Made by a program: the position numbers and the translations under genes | Virus record (IMG/VR): IMGVR_UViG_3300006105_000091 | Coordinates: 1-27,446 of that record | DNA length: 27,446 bases | Reading direction: 5' to 3' (one strand) | Source of the DNA: a virus | Taxonomy: Duplodnaviria; Caudoviricetes | Notes under the pieces: model-generated | Seen by the model: only the letters and a program-made list of their open reading frames with translations | Database searches by the model: none | Told to the model about the DNA's origin: nothing | Shown here: piece after piece, positions 9,177-17,717 of the stretch | Position numbering within the stretch: position 1 is the stretch's first letter | Layout: each line of letters begins with the position of its first letter

Positions 9177-9713
9177 CTATCCGGTCATGCTAATTGCGGT
9201 TTTCTCAACCGATGCTACTCGGTTCCCCCACGTTATACCATATCTATTCCAATCTGGCAGTCCCTGCAAAAAGGTAAGACGATAGTTACAGAGCTTACGA
9301 ATCAGATCGCGGTCATCAGCAGATTTAACTGCTTGCATGGTTTGAACGCCTATAACCCCATCAGCCGTAATTCCAAGGATCATTTGCAAAAACCGAATAG
9401 CACGACCAACACCAGAGTTTACCGATAAATCATACAAGGCATAATCCAAACCTTCAGGAAGCTCGCTACAGCGACAAGAAGCCCAGAAGTTTTTCTTATA
9501 CAACGGTTTAATGTCGTCAGGGGTCAAAGCCTTCATATCGTCATGCGTTACTTGATGACCAACCCATGCTTCCCAAGTTGCTTGGGTTACGCCCATATTG
9601 GTACACCCCTGACGACCATCAGAAAGGCGGTTACCTTTATCATGCGGGTCGTCCTGAAAACCACCTTCGGTCTTTAGGACGATATTAAAACATTGGTCAA
9701 AGTTGTCACTCAT
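9177..9713 (-). CDS. Endolysin, glycoside hydrolase family 108 with C-terminal peptidoglycan-binding domain
   Basis: GH108 hallmarks: 'EGGF..DP.D.G...TNMGVT', 'YKKNFW', 'LPEGLDYALYDLSVNSGVGRA..LQ..LG..ADGVIG..T', and C-terminal 'YG.TW.NRV'. Confidence 0.9.
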   Translation of the reverse strand: MSDNFDQCFNIVLKTEGGFQDDPHDKGNRLSDGRQGCTNMGVTQATWEAWVGHQVTHDDMKALTPDDIKPLYKKNFWASCRCSELPEGLDYALYDLSVNSGVGRAIRFLQMILGITADGVIGVQTMQAVKSADDRDLIRKLCNYRLTFLQGLPDWNRYGITWGNRVASVEKTAISMTG

Positions 9714-10231
9714 AGCATTGGTGTCGATTTGTAAATCATCTCATCTTTTCTTTGTGATCCGGAAGATGAACCAAAAAAGAAAGACAAAACAAGAATTACA
9801 CCATCACGAAGCGTTGTCAGAAGCTCCGAAACCGAAGGGTCATTTATAGTAGACCAGCCAGCCATCTTTAATCCAGTGATGACAGCAAACCCACCAACAA
9901 TCAAAACTGCTAAAACCCGGGGAATCCAGTCCCGGGTTTCAATTTGCATATGACGGGCGCTATCCCGATCTTGTTCAGCAATCTGCTCAAGATTAATGTC
10001 TAATTGCTTCATTTGGACTTTGAAGTCCGCATCAATCTTTTTAAGCGCAGAAAGCTGATCTGGAGTAGCGTTTAGAAGGGCAGCCTGAATATCATCAGTG
10101 GTCCCATCTTGATGACCAAATAATGCACCAGAAATAGCACGGGTAGCCATACCAGCCAAAGGACCACCAAGAGCAGTAGCAATAGTTGGAGCAATAGTTT
10201 CAATTAAACCACCGAGCTTGTTCCAGTCCAT
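9710..10231 (-). CDS. Putative holin (3TM / GTA-holin-like)
   Basis: 173 aa immediately upstream of the endolysin (ATGA overlap). N-terminal 'APTIATALGGPLAG', 'DRDSAR', and two hydrophobic helices ending in 'SFFFGSS'. Confidence 0.7.
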   Translation of the reverse strand: MDWNKLGGLIETIAPTIATALGGPLAGMATRAISGALFGHQDGTTDDIQAALLNATPDQLSALKKIDADFKVQMKQLDINLEQIAEQDRDSARHMQIETRDWIPRVLAVLIVGGFAVITGLKMAGWSTINDPSVSELLTTLRDGVILVLSFFFGSSSGSQRKDEMIYKSTPML

Positions 10232-10410
10232 TACTCATGTTCCTCTTCAGCGTGAGATGTAGAGACAGCAGCCGCTTGGAGTTGAGCCATTGCTTCTGAT
10301 TCAATGCGCTTAATCAATACCATTGAGGAGCGAGCTGGCTTATCAAGCAAAGCATCAAGGATAAAGTTAACTTCTTCGACAGAAAAAGTATAATTTACAG
10401 TAGGTTGCAT
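10231..10410 (-). CDS. Hypothetical small protein
   Basis: Start reassigned to ATG 10410 (GGAGA Shine-Dalgarno-like site upstream). 59 aa, MQPTVNYTFSVEEVNFILDALLDKP...; the longer version in the ORF track overlaps the upstream gene. Confidence 0.7.
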   Translation of the reverse strand: MQPTVNYTFSVEEVNFILDALLDKPARSSMVLIKRIESEAMAQLQAAAVSTSHAEEEHE

Positions 10411-10421
10411 CTTTCTCTCCA

Positions 10422-10649
10422 TTATTTGAAAAAACTTTTGATATTGGACCAAAAGCCAATTACCCCCATCAACGCACTTCCAATAGCCACGCCAATACCT
10501 CCGACGGCAACCATTGCTTTCCAAGAACCTTCTGCGTTGTGAAGAATCCTTAACATTTCTTTTTGGTCAAGTCTAATTTGAGATACATCAGCTTCTAGCC
10601 GATCAACTCTAGCCATTAAGCCGCCGATGGCAACACTCTCTTCATCCAT
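10422..10649 (-). CDS. Small membrane protein (coiled coil plus C-terminal transmembrane helix), possibly a lysis accessory
   Basis: 75 aa with a GAGGT Shine-Dalgarno site. Heptad-like N-terminus, then hydrophobic 'AMVAVGGIGVAIGSALMGVIGFW'. Two genes upstream of the holin. Confidence 0.7.
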   Translation of the reverse strand: MDEESVAIGGLMARVDRLEADVSQIRLDQKEMLRILHNAEGSWKAMVAVGGIGVAIGSALMGVIGFWSNIKSFFK

Positions 10650-10661
10650 GTTAACCTCTAA

Positions 10662-11909
10662 TTATGGGAAAGTGTTTCCAGTACCCCAAAGAACAAGAAC
10701 AGCACCTTGAGCGCCACTTCCTGCCGTACTGCCATAAGCACCACCGCCGCCGTAGTTACCGCCAGAACCGCCGGTACTACCAGCACCCGTAGTTCCGCTT
10801 GCGCCAGATGACCCACCACCGCCACCACCTTGAAGGGTAGCACCACCAGAACCATTAGACCCTTGTTTTAATGGAAGAACGCCATTTATTGTTGCCGAAG
10901 TTGCTGTTTGAGCCGGGGATACCGTATACGTGCCAGTGCCGCCAGTACCAGTTCCCAAAGCTGTGATTACAGTTCCAGCCGCAATATTGACTCCTGAAAT
11001 ATATGAACCAACAGCTAGTGTACCGGATGTTACCGCAGAAACGGTTAAGGTTGTTGATGAGGTCGGTATTGAACCAGTTCCGACAAACGCTGTTGCAACA
11101 CCAATACCACCACCACCGCCACTGGTAGATGTTCCGCCGCCACCGCCGCCGCCGCCGCCGCCAGAACCCGCAAAGCCGGTTGTATTTCCAACGCCACCAG
11201 AATTACCGCCAGCGCCAGAAAAACCGCCCGCTCCGCCGCCGCCTGTATTAGTATATACAGCCGCAGAGCCACCCGCTCCGCCCCCATAAGTGCCATAAGT
11301 TGTTTTAGGCAAACTTGCGCCGCCACGGCTTATGCCAGACGAGTTTCCTGTGGTTCCTCCGCCTCCGCCCTCACCTACAGCAACAGTAACAGCCGCTGTC
11401 ATGGATTGTGATGCAAAAGTTCCACCAATTGAAACAACCCAAGACGTACCTGAACCGCTCACGATAGTTCCAAGATAAACTTGTCCACCACTAGTAAATG
11501 GAGCGGAAAATATGGATGTTCCAACTGCAAAGGATTGTGAAACAGATGTGGTTAAAGTTGTGGAAGAACAGGACGCTGTAAAGGTTGTCAGTGACGAAGT
11601 TGTCGCAAAATAACTGCAACCACCGGGCGCACCCGTAGCAGGACCAGTTCCCAATTGCCCGACATAAAGAGCATAGCTATTTCCGGGAGTGACAGGGAAA
11701 GCATTGACCCAAGCATTTCCGCCGCCGCCACCGCCGGGGTTATTTGTGGTAGCCCTACCACCACCACCGCCACCAAGCGTTAACACAGAAATAGATGTCA
11801 CACCCGTAGGAGCCGTAAATGTACCCGCACCAGTAGTCGTAAACAATTGCGCCCCACTTGGGATGGAGGTAGCATTGAAAGCGGATAATACGGAAATTAC
11901 AGAAGTCAT
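10662..11909 (-). CDS. Glycine-rich tail fibre / receptor-binding tip protein
   Basis: 415 aa. '[29 protein letters not shown]', several poly-Gly tracts and C-terminal '[12 protein letters not shown]', a typical phage glycine-rich domain. Confidence 0.75.
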   Translation of the reverse strand: MTSVISVLSAFNATSIPSGAQLFTTTGAGTFTAPTGVTSISVLTLGGGGGGRATTNNPGGGGGGNAWVNAFPVTPGNSYALYVGQLGTGPATGAPGGCSYFATTSSLTTFTASCSSTTLTTSVSQSFAVGTSIFSAPFTSGGQVYLGTIVSGSGTSWVVSIGGTFASQSMTAAVTVAVGEGGGGGTTGNSSGISRGGASLPKTTYGTYGGGAGGSAAVYTNTGGGGAGGFSGAGGNSGGVGNTTGFAGSGGGGGGGGGGTSTSGGGGGIGVATAFVGTGSIPTSSTTLTVSAVTSGTLAVGSYISGVNIAAGTVITALGTGTGGTGTYTVSPAQTATSATINGVLPLKQGSNGSGGATLQGGGGGGSSGASGTTGAGSTGGSGGNYGGGGAYGSTAGSGAQGAVLVLWGTGNTFP

Positions 11910-12427
11910 TACGTTAGCCCTGCACCAGAAATAACGAATGTATTGGATGCTGTGCAGATAACCGTTGCTACGCCGTTTTGGGCAAGTGTGCGATTACCTG
12001 TTGTGGCAGTTCCAGCAAGAGTCATTGTAACTGATGTCCCCTGTGTAATTGTTTGGGAAGAACCAGAGTTATTGTAAATTGCAATATTTTGACCAGCGGT
12101 AAAAATGGAAGCGGGGACCGTAACACCACCCGTGGTAATGCTAATTAGTTTACCGTTGTCAGTCGCAACAAGCACATATGCAGATGACTGGCTGTTTAGC
12201 ACGATGGTACGCAAGTTACCCACCGAATCACTAACTGCTGCCGCACCTGTTACGTTTTGCGAAGCATCCAATGTCAATGCAACAGAACCATTAGTGGCAA
12301 TAGCCGCCGATGTTCCAGTCGGAAAATACAAACCCGTGTTGGAGTTGGTTGTGTTTGTGTCTGCTGGTGCGGCTGCCGAACCAAGGGGAACTGCTATACC
12401 AGATGTGCCATTGATGGTTACGGGCAT
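11909..12427 (-). CDS. Tail fibre-associated protein
   Basis: Likely start ATG 12427 ([10 protein letters not shown]), just after the upstream stop. Contains 'NTGLYFP' and C-terminal '[12 protein letters not shown]...[20 protein letters not shown]'. Confidence 0.7.
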   Translation of the reverse strand: MPVTINGTSGIAVPLGSAAAPADTNTTNSNTGLYFPTGTSAAIATNGSVALTLDASQNVTGAAAVSDSVGNLRTIVLNSQSSAYVLVATDNGKLISITTGGVTVPASIFTAGQNIAIYNNSGSSQTITQGTSVTMTLAGTATTGNRTLAQNGVATVICTASNTFVISGAGLT

Positions 12428-12428
12428 T

Positions 12429-13259
12429 TTATTTAGCCTCCAGTGCGGCAATACGGTTGGTTAGTGCTGTAATAGTTGCCTGTTGTTCTTGAATGGCGGC
12501 AACAAGATGTACAACAACTTTGCTGTAATCTACACCTTGATAAACAGGTTTCCCATCTGCATCTACGGCATCTTTTTCGCCCGTGACAGCATAGGGAATA
12601 ACTGCTTGCAACTCATGGGCAATAAAACCTTCACCTTCAGACTTGTCGCTGATCCAGTCATAGTTAACCGGCTTTAATGCGCTGACCGTTGCAAGGCCAG
12701 TCGTCATCGGAGTGACGTTTTCTTTTAGGCGGTAATCTGAACTAGTATTAAAAGATGTAGCAGTTCCGCTGGTTTGGATTGTTCCTATGGTTCCATTGGA
12801 ATTTGTAAAGATAATACAATTGGTGGCAGTTGAACCTACGCTGTTGCCAACATTTATTCCCGGACGACCACCGTTAACATTTAATACTTGTAAAATAGCA
12901 TTTGATGCGTTGATGACTGCTGTCGTCCCCACCAGCAGATTGCCGGAGGTGTCGATACGCATGGTTTCACTGCCACTCTGTGTAAACAGAAGGGCAGAAG
13001 CGGTTCCATAGTTAATGGTCGAGTCGCCCGTATCAGCGGCGTAAAGGCCAAAGTTCTTACCAGATACGGTATTGTTGAGCTGCACTCTTGTGCTTACGCC
13101 AGAACCTGAAAGTGTTAGAAGCCTATTTGGAGCAGTGGTACCAATGCCTACAAGGCCAGATACTGGAACAAGATACGTGTTTCCAGAAGCATCAAGTTGG
13201 ATATTGGTGCTGGCCGATGACGGCTCTTGAATGACTGTAGTTTTAACTGTAGCAACCAT
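12429..13259 (-). CDS. Tail fibre protein with C-terminal intramolecular chaperone (peptidase S74) domain
   Basis: 'TSSDYRLKENV...LKPVNYDW...GFIAHELQAVIP.AV...VDYSKVVVHLVAAIQEQ' followed by a terminal coiled coil. Also 'VGIGT' and 'MRIDTSGNLLVGTT' fibre motifs. Confidence 0.9.
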   Translation of the reverse strand: MVATVKTTVIQEPSSASTNIQLDASGNTYLVPVSGLVGIGTTAPNRLLTLSGSGVSTRVQLNNTVSGKNFGLYAADTGDSTINYGTASALLFTQSGSETMRIDTSGNLLVGTTAVINASNAILQVLNVNGGRPGINVGNSVGSTATNCIIFTNSNGTIGTIQTSGTATSFNTSSDYRLKENVTPMTTGLATVSALKPVNYDWISDKSEGEGFIAHELQAVIPYAVTGEKDAVDADGKPVYQGVDYSKVVVHLVAAIQEQQATITALTNRIAALEAK

Positions 13260-13267
13260 TGGTTATC

Positions 13268-13987
13268 TCACTCGTAAATATAGTTAAGCGAACCGGCAGT
13301 AAATGTGTCGGTTGAAACGGTGGTTAATTGAAACGCAGTAAGGGTTGCACTAAGCGTCACCAAACCAGTACCCCAACGCAAAGCATTGGTGTTAGAAATC
13401 ATGCTGTTTCCAACCCAAGTATTTGATCCAAAATAAGTGAAAACAATAACACCGTTAATTGCTGCGCCGCCATTGTTATTATTAATCATAAAGCCAGTGC
13501 TATAGCCAGTTTGAACACCGGCATTTTGGTTTTGAACGCCACCTGTATAACCAGAAGTTGTATAAGTTGGTGTTGCGCCAGTGCCAAGTTGGACTATCGT
13601 GTTTGAAGTGCTGCTTGTTGTAATGCCGTTAAACATAACGGTAATGCGTCTTACCCACGATGGGATACCTGTAACCGGCATTGTCGTTGTGGATGTAAAT
13701 GGAACGGAAGTACCCAACACAAGATTGGTGCTAACACCTTGAATTGCCGCCGTTCCTGTCCCGGCGGGTAGCGTTACTGTGCCAGATGCCGTGGCTGACG
13801 GCTGAAGTGTCGTTGAGCCAGAAGAAGACCCATTTAAAACAATGTTGCTAAAAGATGCCGCACCACCCGAAGTTAACAAAACTGTTCCCGTGGAAGCCGG
13901 GAATGTAATAGTGTTTGTCCCAGCCACCGCTGTTGGTGCTAGGGTAATTTGCCCAGAAGTTGCTCCATTAAGAATTACGTTTCCCAT
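13268..13987 (-). CDS. Tail fibre-associated protein
   Basis: 239 aa, Thr/Gly/Ser-rich. Two N-terminal repeats ('ILNGATSGQITL..TITFPASTGT' and 'VLNGSSSGSTTL..TVTLPAGTGT'), then a beta-rich domain 'TGIPSWVRRITVMF...FTAGSLNYIYE'. Confidence 0.7.
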   Translation of the reverse strand: MGNVILNGATSGQITLAPTAVAGTNTITFPASTGTVLLTSGGAASFSNIVLNGSSSGSTTLQPSATASGTVTLPAGTGTAAIQGVSTNLVLGTSVPFTSTTTMPVTGIPSWVRRITVMFNGITTSSTSNTIVQLGTGATPTYTTSGYTGGVQNQNAGVQTGYSTGFMINNNNGGAAINGVIVFTYFGSNTWVGNSMISNTNALRWGTGLVTLSATLTAFQLTTVSTDTFTAGSLNYIYE

Positions 13988-13988
13988 A

Positions 13989-14204
13989 TCAAATCACCGT
14001 CCAAGTTGAAGATGCCGGAATTGTAACAATGGCTGTTGATGCAACTGTAATAGGGCCAAACGTGCCAGCATTAGTATTCGCTGGAATTGTATAGCTTGAG
14101 TTAACAGTCTGACCATTCTGGAAAAAAACTTGATCCAACCCACTGCCTGTTGGCTGTGGTGTATTTCCAGATGGGACTGTTCCAAGAATGCCCGTAAATG
14201 ACAT
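13989..14204 (-). CDS. Small fibre adaptor-like protein
   Basis: 71 aa consisting mostly of the module 'VFFQNGQTVNSSYTIPANTNAGTFGPITVAS..IVTIPASSTWTVI'. AGGA upstream of the start. Confidence 0.7.
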   Translation of the reverse strand: MSFTGILGTVPSGNTPQPTGSGLDQVFFQNGQTVNSSYTIPANTNAGTFGPITVASTAIVTIPASSTWTVI

Positions 14205-14216
14205 GAAAGGTTCCTA

Positions 14217-14768
14217 TTAAGTAATGTTAAGAACTGAAGCAATAACGTCAGCAGAAGAGGCAAGTGCTGCCGTCCCAGCAACTGTCTGAGCGCCCGTTGT
14301 CGAGCTGGCAAATGAAACCGATGTCGTTGTTGATGCTGTAACCGTATAAGTTCCATTATATCCAGATGGAGTTACACCAGCAATTACAACTGACGAGCCA
14401 ACCGAAGGGGCTGCTGCCTGAGCGGCAAAAGAAATGGTTGCTGTCGAACCTGTTCCACTAGCTGCTGTAGTTGCCACAGTATTTGTACCAGCCGTTGCAA
14501 CAACCAAAGCATCGCTTGTGGTAAGAACTAATTTCTGATCGCCACCTACTGCAACAAACGTGGTTCCTACTCCAATTGGAGCGCCGCGAGCTACATAGTA
14601 ATTTACTGATGCACGGGTAACATAAATGTCAGTTGTGATTGCAGCGCTTGACGTATTGGATACCGTAAGTCCGATAACCGTAGTTTGGGTAGCTGATGCA
14701 ACCGTAACAAGTGATGCCGGAGTTGTTCCGACGTTCTTTGCTACATAGGAAGTGAAGGTATTTGCCAT
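14217..14768 (-). CDS. Virion structural protein (fibre-associated)
   Basis: 183 aa: MANTFTS...TTVIGLTVSN...GGDQKLVL..SD.LVV...SSADVIASVLNIT. AAGGA Shine-Dalgarno site. Confidence 0.7.
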   Translation of the reverse strand: MANTFTSYVAKNVGTTPASLVTVASATQTTVIGLTVSNTSSAAITTDIYVTRASVNYYVARGAPIGVGTTFVAVGGDQKLVLTTSDALVVATAGTNTVATTAASGTGSTATISFAAQAAAPSVGSSVVIAGVTPSGYNGTYTVTASTTTSVSFASSTTGAQTVAGTAALASSADVIASVLNIT

Positions 14769-14795
14769 CTAAGTAGTTCCTTGTTTGAAGAGATA

Positions 14796-17717
14796 TTACC
14801 CTAAAGCGATTGACAATGCTACTGCCGTTCCAGCTGGATCGACTTGTAAATTAGTTTGAGCAGCAGAAACTGTGGTAGCTCCTGTACCACCGTTAGCCAA
14901 AGCAAGAGTTCCTGCAACGGTAACAGCCCCGGTTGTAGCTGTAGATGGTGTTAAGCCAGTTGCTCCAAACGAAATTGAAGATACGTTAGAAACCGATGCC
15001 CAAGAAGGCACACCGGCAGCAAGTGTGAGAACTGAACCATTTGACCCAGCAGTTAACTTAGAAAGAGTATTTGCAGCCGAAGCATACAAAATATCGCCTG
15101 TTGCGTAGGTTGTTTGTCCAGTCCCACCGTAAGTTGGTCCAATAGCAGTTCCATTCCATACGCCAGTTCCAATTGTGCCAATAGATGTCAAGCTGGAAAG
15201 CGTAGTGACTGCTGTATTAACTAAAGTTCCAGATGTTGGAAGTGTGACGTTAGTCGCGCCAGTAACTGTAAGCGTAGTAGCAAAAGCACCTGACGTTGCA
15301 AAATTTCCACCCAAAGTTATGGTGGATGAACCATTATTGATGCCTGTGCCGCCATAAATTGAACCAATTACAGAACCGTTCCACGTTGCCGATGTTATTG
15401 AGCCGGGATACGAAAAGGTATTGGTTGACCAAGATACGTTTGAAGGAGCGCCAAAATGATAATCCCACGTTCCGGAAGCAACCGAATTAGTCAAAAGTAT
15501 TACTGAGACAAACCCGCCCGATGGAACCGAAACAACCAACGTGCTTGAATTGTTATTGACGGTTATCGCACCAGATGTTTGATTGTTGTTAAACGTAAAT
15601 AATGCTCCAACAGGCAGGGTGGTTGCATCAGGTAATGTAAATGTTTGACCGCCTGACCCCGTGACAACCCTATTTGGTGTTGATGAAGCCGTTAAAGTAA
15701 TTACAGTTGTAGCAGCAGCGTTGGTAAATCCTTGGAACAAAGCATTCGCTGTGATGTTAGAATTAGCATCCTTAACCACAATTCCATTTGCAGCATTGGT
15801 TGCATTTCCAAGGGCTGTGAGTACACCCGTTCCAGTTGTCGTCGTAGCTGGAGCCGCCCCAGCTCCGCCACCAATCATAAGCGCATTAGCAGCTAAAGCC
15901 GCAGATGAAGCCCATGTTGTTCCAGAGCTAAAATATGGAACGCCACCAGATGTGCCAGCAACAGTCAACGCAAGCGTTCCCGATGTCGTAATTGGCGATC
16001 CGCTAACAGAAATTAATCCACCAGTAAAAGATTGCGCTACTGATGTAACCGTTCCACTGGAGATTGTTGCCCAAGTTCCATCACCACGAAGATAGTTGGA
16101 GCTAGATGGTGTGCCTGTGACAGCGCCCGGCAATGCTGTAACCGAGCTAATAAGCGTTCCAGACGTAGGAAGTGTTACGCTTGTCGTCGCTGTTGCTGCA
16201 ATAGTTTGGGCAAACCCACCAGAATGGTTTACGTTTCCAGAAACCGTAATGGTATTTGAACCGTTGTTAACTCCAGTTCCGCCATAAGTTGGTCCAATAA
16301 GAGTACCATTCCAAGTGCCAGTGCCAATAGTTCCAACGCTGGTTAAAGAAGATGAAACAACTGTTGAATTGAGAGTTGTGCCAGTTAAAGTACCAGCTGG
16401 AGCTATTACAGCATTTGTAGAAGCTAATGTTAGTTGACCTTGAGCATTAACCGTAAATGATGGAATAGATGTTGAAGAGCCATATGCCCCTGCTGTTACC
16501 GCAGTATTAGCTAATGCAATTGTACCAGTTGTGGTAATCGTTCCACCCGAAAGACCAGTACCAGCTGTAATGCTTGTAACCGTTCCACTGCCACTGACAG
16601 TTGCCCAAGTGCCATCGCCACGAAGATAGGTAGTAATAGATGGCGTACCTGTTACCGCTCCCGGCAACGCTGTTACTGAACTTATTAAAGTGCCTGATGT
16701 TGGTAATGTAACGCTTGTTGTCGCGGTTGCTGCAATCGTTTGAGAAAACGCACCAGAGTGAGTTACGTTTCCAGCAATGGTAATTGTATTAGAGCCGTTG
16801 TTAACGCCCGTACCACCATAGGTTCCAGTTAATACTCCAGACGTAATTTGAGAAGCTGGTATGGCAATAGTTGCATTTGCCGCAGCCGTTAACTGTCCTT
16901 GAGCATTAACGGTAAATGTTGGGACAACGGATGCTGACCCATAAGAATTAGCGGATACTCCCGTATTGGCAATTGAAATTGTGCCAGAGGATGTAATTGG
17001 GCCGCCCGTTAATCCCGTACCAGTAGCAATACTTGTTACAGCAGAAATTGATATTGCTGCCGTCCCAATAGTAGAAATTCTTCCCTGTTGGTCAACGGTA
17101 ACAACAGGAACAGCCGAAGTAGAGCCATAAGTCCCCGGAGTGACAGATTGATTTGGCATGGCAATTGTAGGGTTGCCAGAAATCCCATCGCCATTGGTAA
17201 CAGTCAATCCATTACCAGCGGCAATGGAGCGGGAAAGATATGATCCACCCGTAGCATTGACCATAATGCCTGAAGTGCCAAGACCAGCAAGACCAGTCAG
17301 GTTGTTGCTTAACGGTTGAGCATCCGTAATGCCATATCCGGCAAGCGTTGTAGGCGTTCCGGTTACGCCGCTGAACGGAACTGAAAATGTCGTGCTTGTT
17401 GCGTTGGTAATTTGCCCTTGAGCATTTACAGTTAAGATCGGAACCTGAGTAGACGAGCCATATGTTCCGCTGCTAACGCCCGTGTTTCCAATAGCAAGGG
17501 TTACGTTAGAGCCAAGATTCCCGCCGCCAATTAACCCCGTACCAGCATAAATGTTAGTGGTATTAGGAGTCGCAACAGCGCCAACAAAATTTGAAATGGT
17601 CGTTTGATATGATGTTCCATTTTGGACAATCATAACCAAATCGGTTCCTACAACCGAAGTTGGAGGCGTAGGAAGACCAGAAATTGGAATTGGGACGAGA
17701 TTTGAAGGTACGCTCAT
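14796..17717 (-). CDS. Long repetitive tail fibre protein
   Basis: 973 aa, Thr/Gly/Ser-rich. Repeats of 'YGS...P..TVNAQGQ', 'AGTGL.GG.IT..GTI', 'YGGTG' and 'YLRGDGTW', plus 'PTTLAGYGITDA'. Ends in AVALSIALG. Confidence 0.85.
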   Translation of the reverse strand: MSVPSNLVPIPISGLPTPPTSVVGTDLVMIVQNGTSYQTTISNFVGAVATPNTTNIYAGTGLIGGGNLGSNVTLAIGNTGVSSGTYGSSTQVPILTVNAQGQITNATSTTFSVPFSGVTGTPTTLAGYGITDAQPLSNNLTGLAGLGTSGIMVNATGGSYLSRSIAAGNGLTVTNGDGISGNPTIAMPNQSVTPGTYGSTSAVPVVTVDQQGRISTIGTAAISISAVTSIATGTGLTGGPITSSGTISIANTGVSANSYGSASVVPTFTVNAQGQLTAAANATIAIPASQITSGVLTGTYGGTGVNNGSNTITIAGNVTHSGAFSQTIAATATTSVTLPTSGTLISSVTALPGAVTGTPSITTYLRGDGTWATVSGSGTVTSITAGTGLSGGTITTTGTIALANTAVTAGAYGSSTSIPSFTVNAQGQLTLASTNAVIAPAGTLTGTTLNSTVVSSSLTSVGTIGTGTWNGTLIGPTYGGTGVNNGSNTITVSGNVNHSGGFAQTIAATATTSVTLPTSGTLISSVTALPGAVTGTPSSSNYLRGDGTWATISSGTVTSVAQSFTGGLISVSGSPITTSGTLALTVAGTSGGVPYFSSGTTWASSAALAANALMIGGGAGAAPATTTTGTGVLTALGNATNAANGIVVKDANSNITANALFQGFTNAAATTVITLTASSTPNRVVTGSGGQTFTLPDATTLPVGALFTFNNNQTSGAITVNNNSSTLVVSVPSGGFVSVILLTNSVASGTWDYHFGAPSNVSWSTNTFSYPGSITSATWNGSVIGSIYGGTGINNGSSTITLGGNFATSGAFATTLTVTGATNVTLPTSGTLVNTAVTTLSSLTSIGTIGTGVWNGTAIGPTYGGTGQTTYATGDILYASAANTLSKLTAGSNGSVLTLAAGVPSWASVSNVSSISFGATGLTPSTATTGAVTVAGTLALANGGTGATTVSAAQTNLQVDPAGTAVALSIALG
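16041..16820 (-). repeat. Internal duplication of about 82 codons in the long tail fibre
   Basis: About 16572..16820 and about 16041..16286 both encode YGGTGVNNGSNTIT..GNV.HSG.F.QTIAATATTSVTLPTSGTLISSVTALPGAVTGTPS...YLRGDGTWAT...GTVTS. Confidence 0.9.

Noticed and set aside
11105-11290. (CCG/CCA)n tandem triplets resembling a microsatellite or repeat array
   Set aside because: They simply encode poly-glycine tracts of the glycine-rich protein. There is no repeat-spacer structure, so this is not CRISPR.
16041-16820. Duplicated fibre segment as a diversity-generating retroelement template/variable repeat pair
   Set aside because: Both copies are in frame within one gene, the differences are mostly synonymous and not adenine-specific, and no reverse transcriptase is present in the window.
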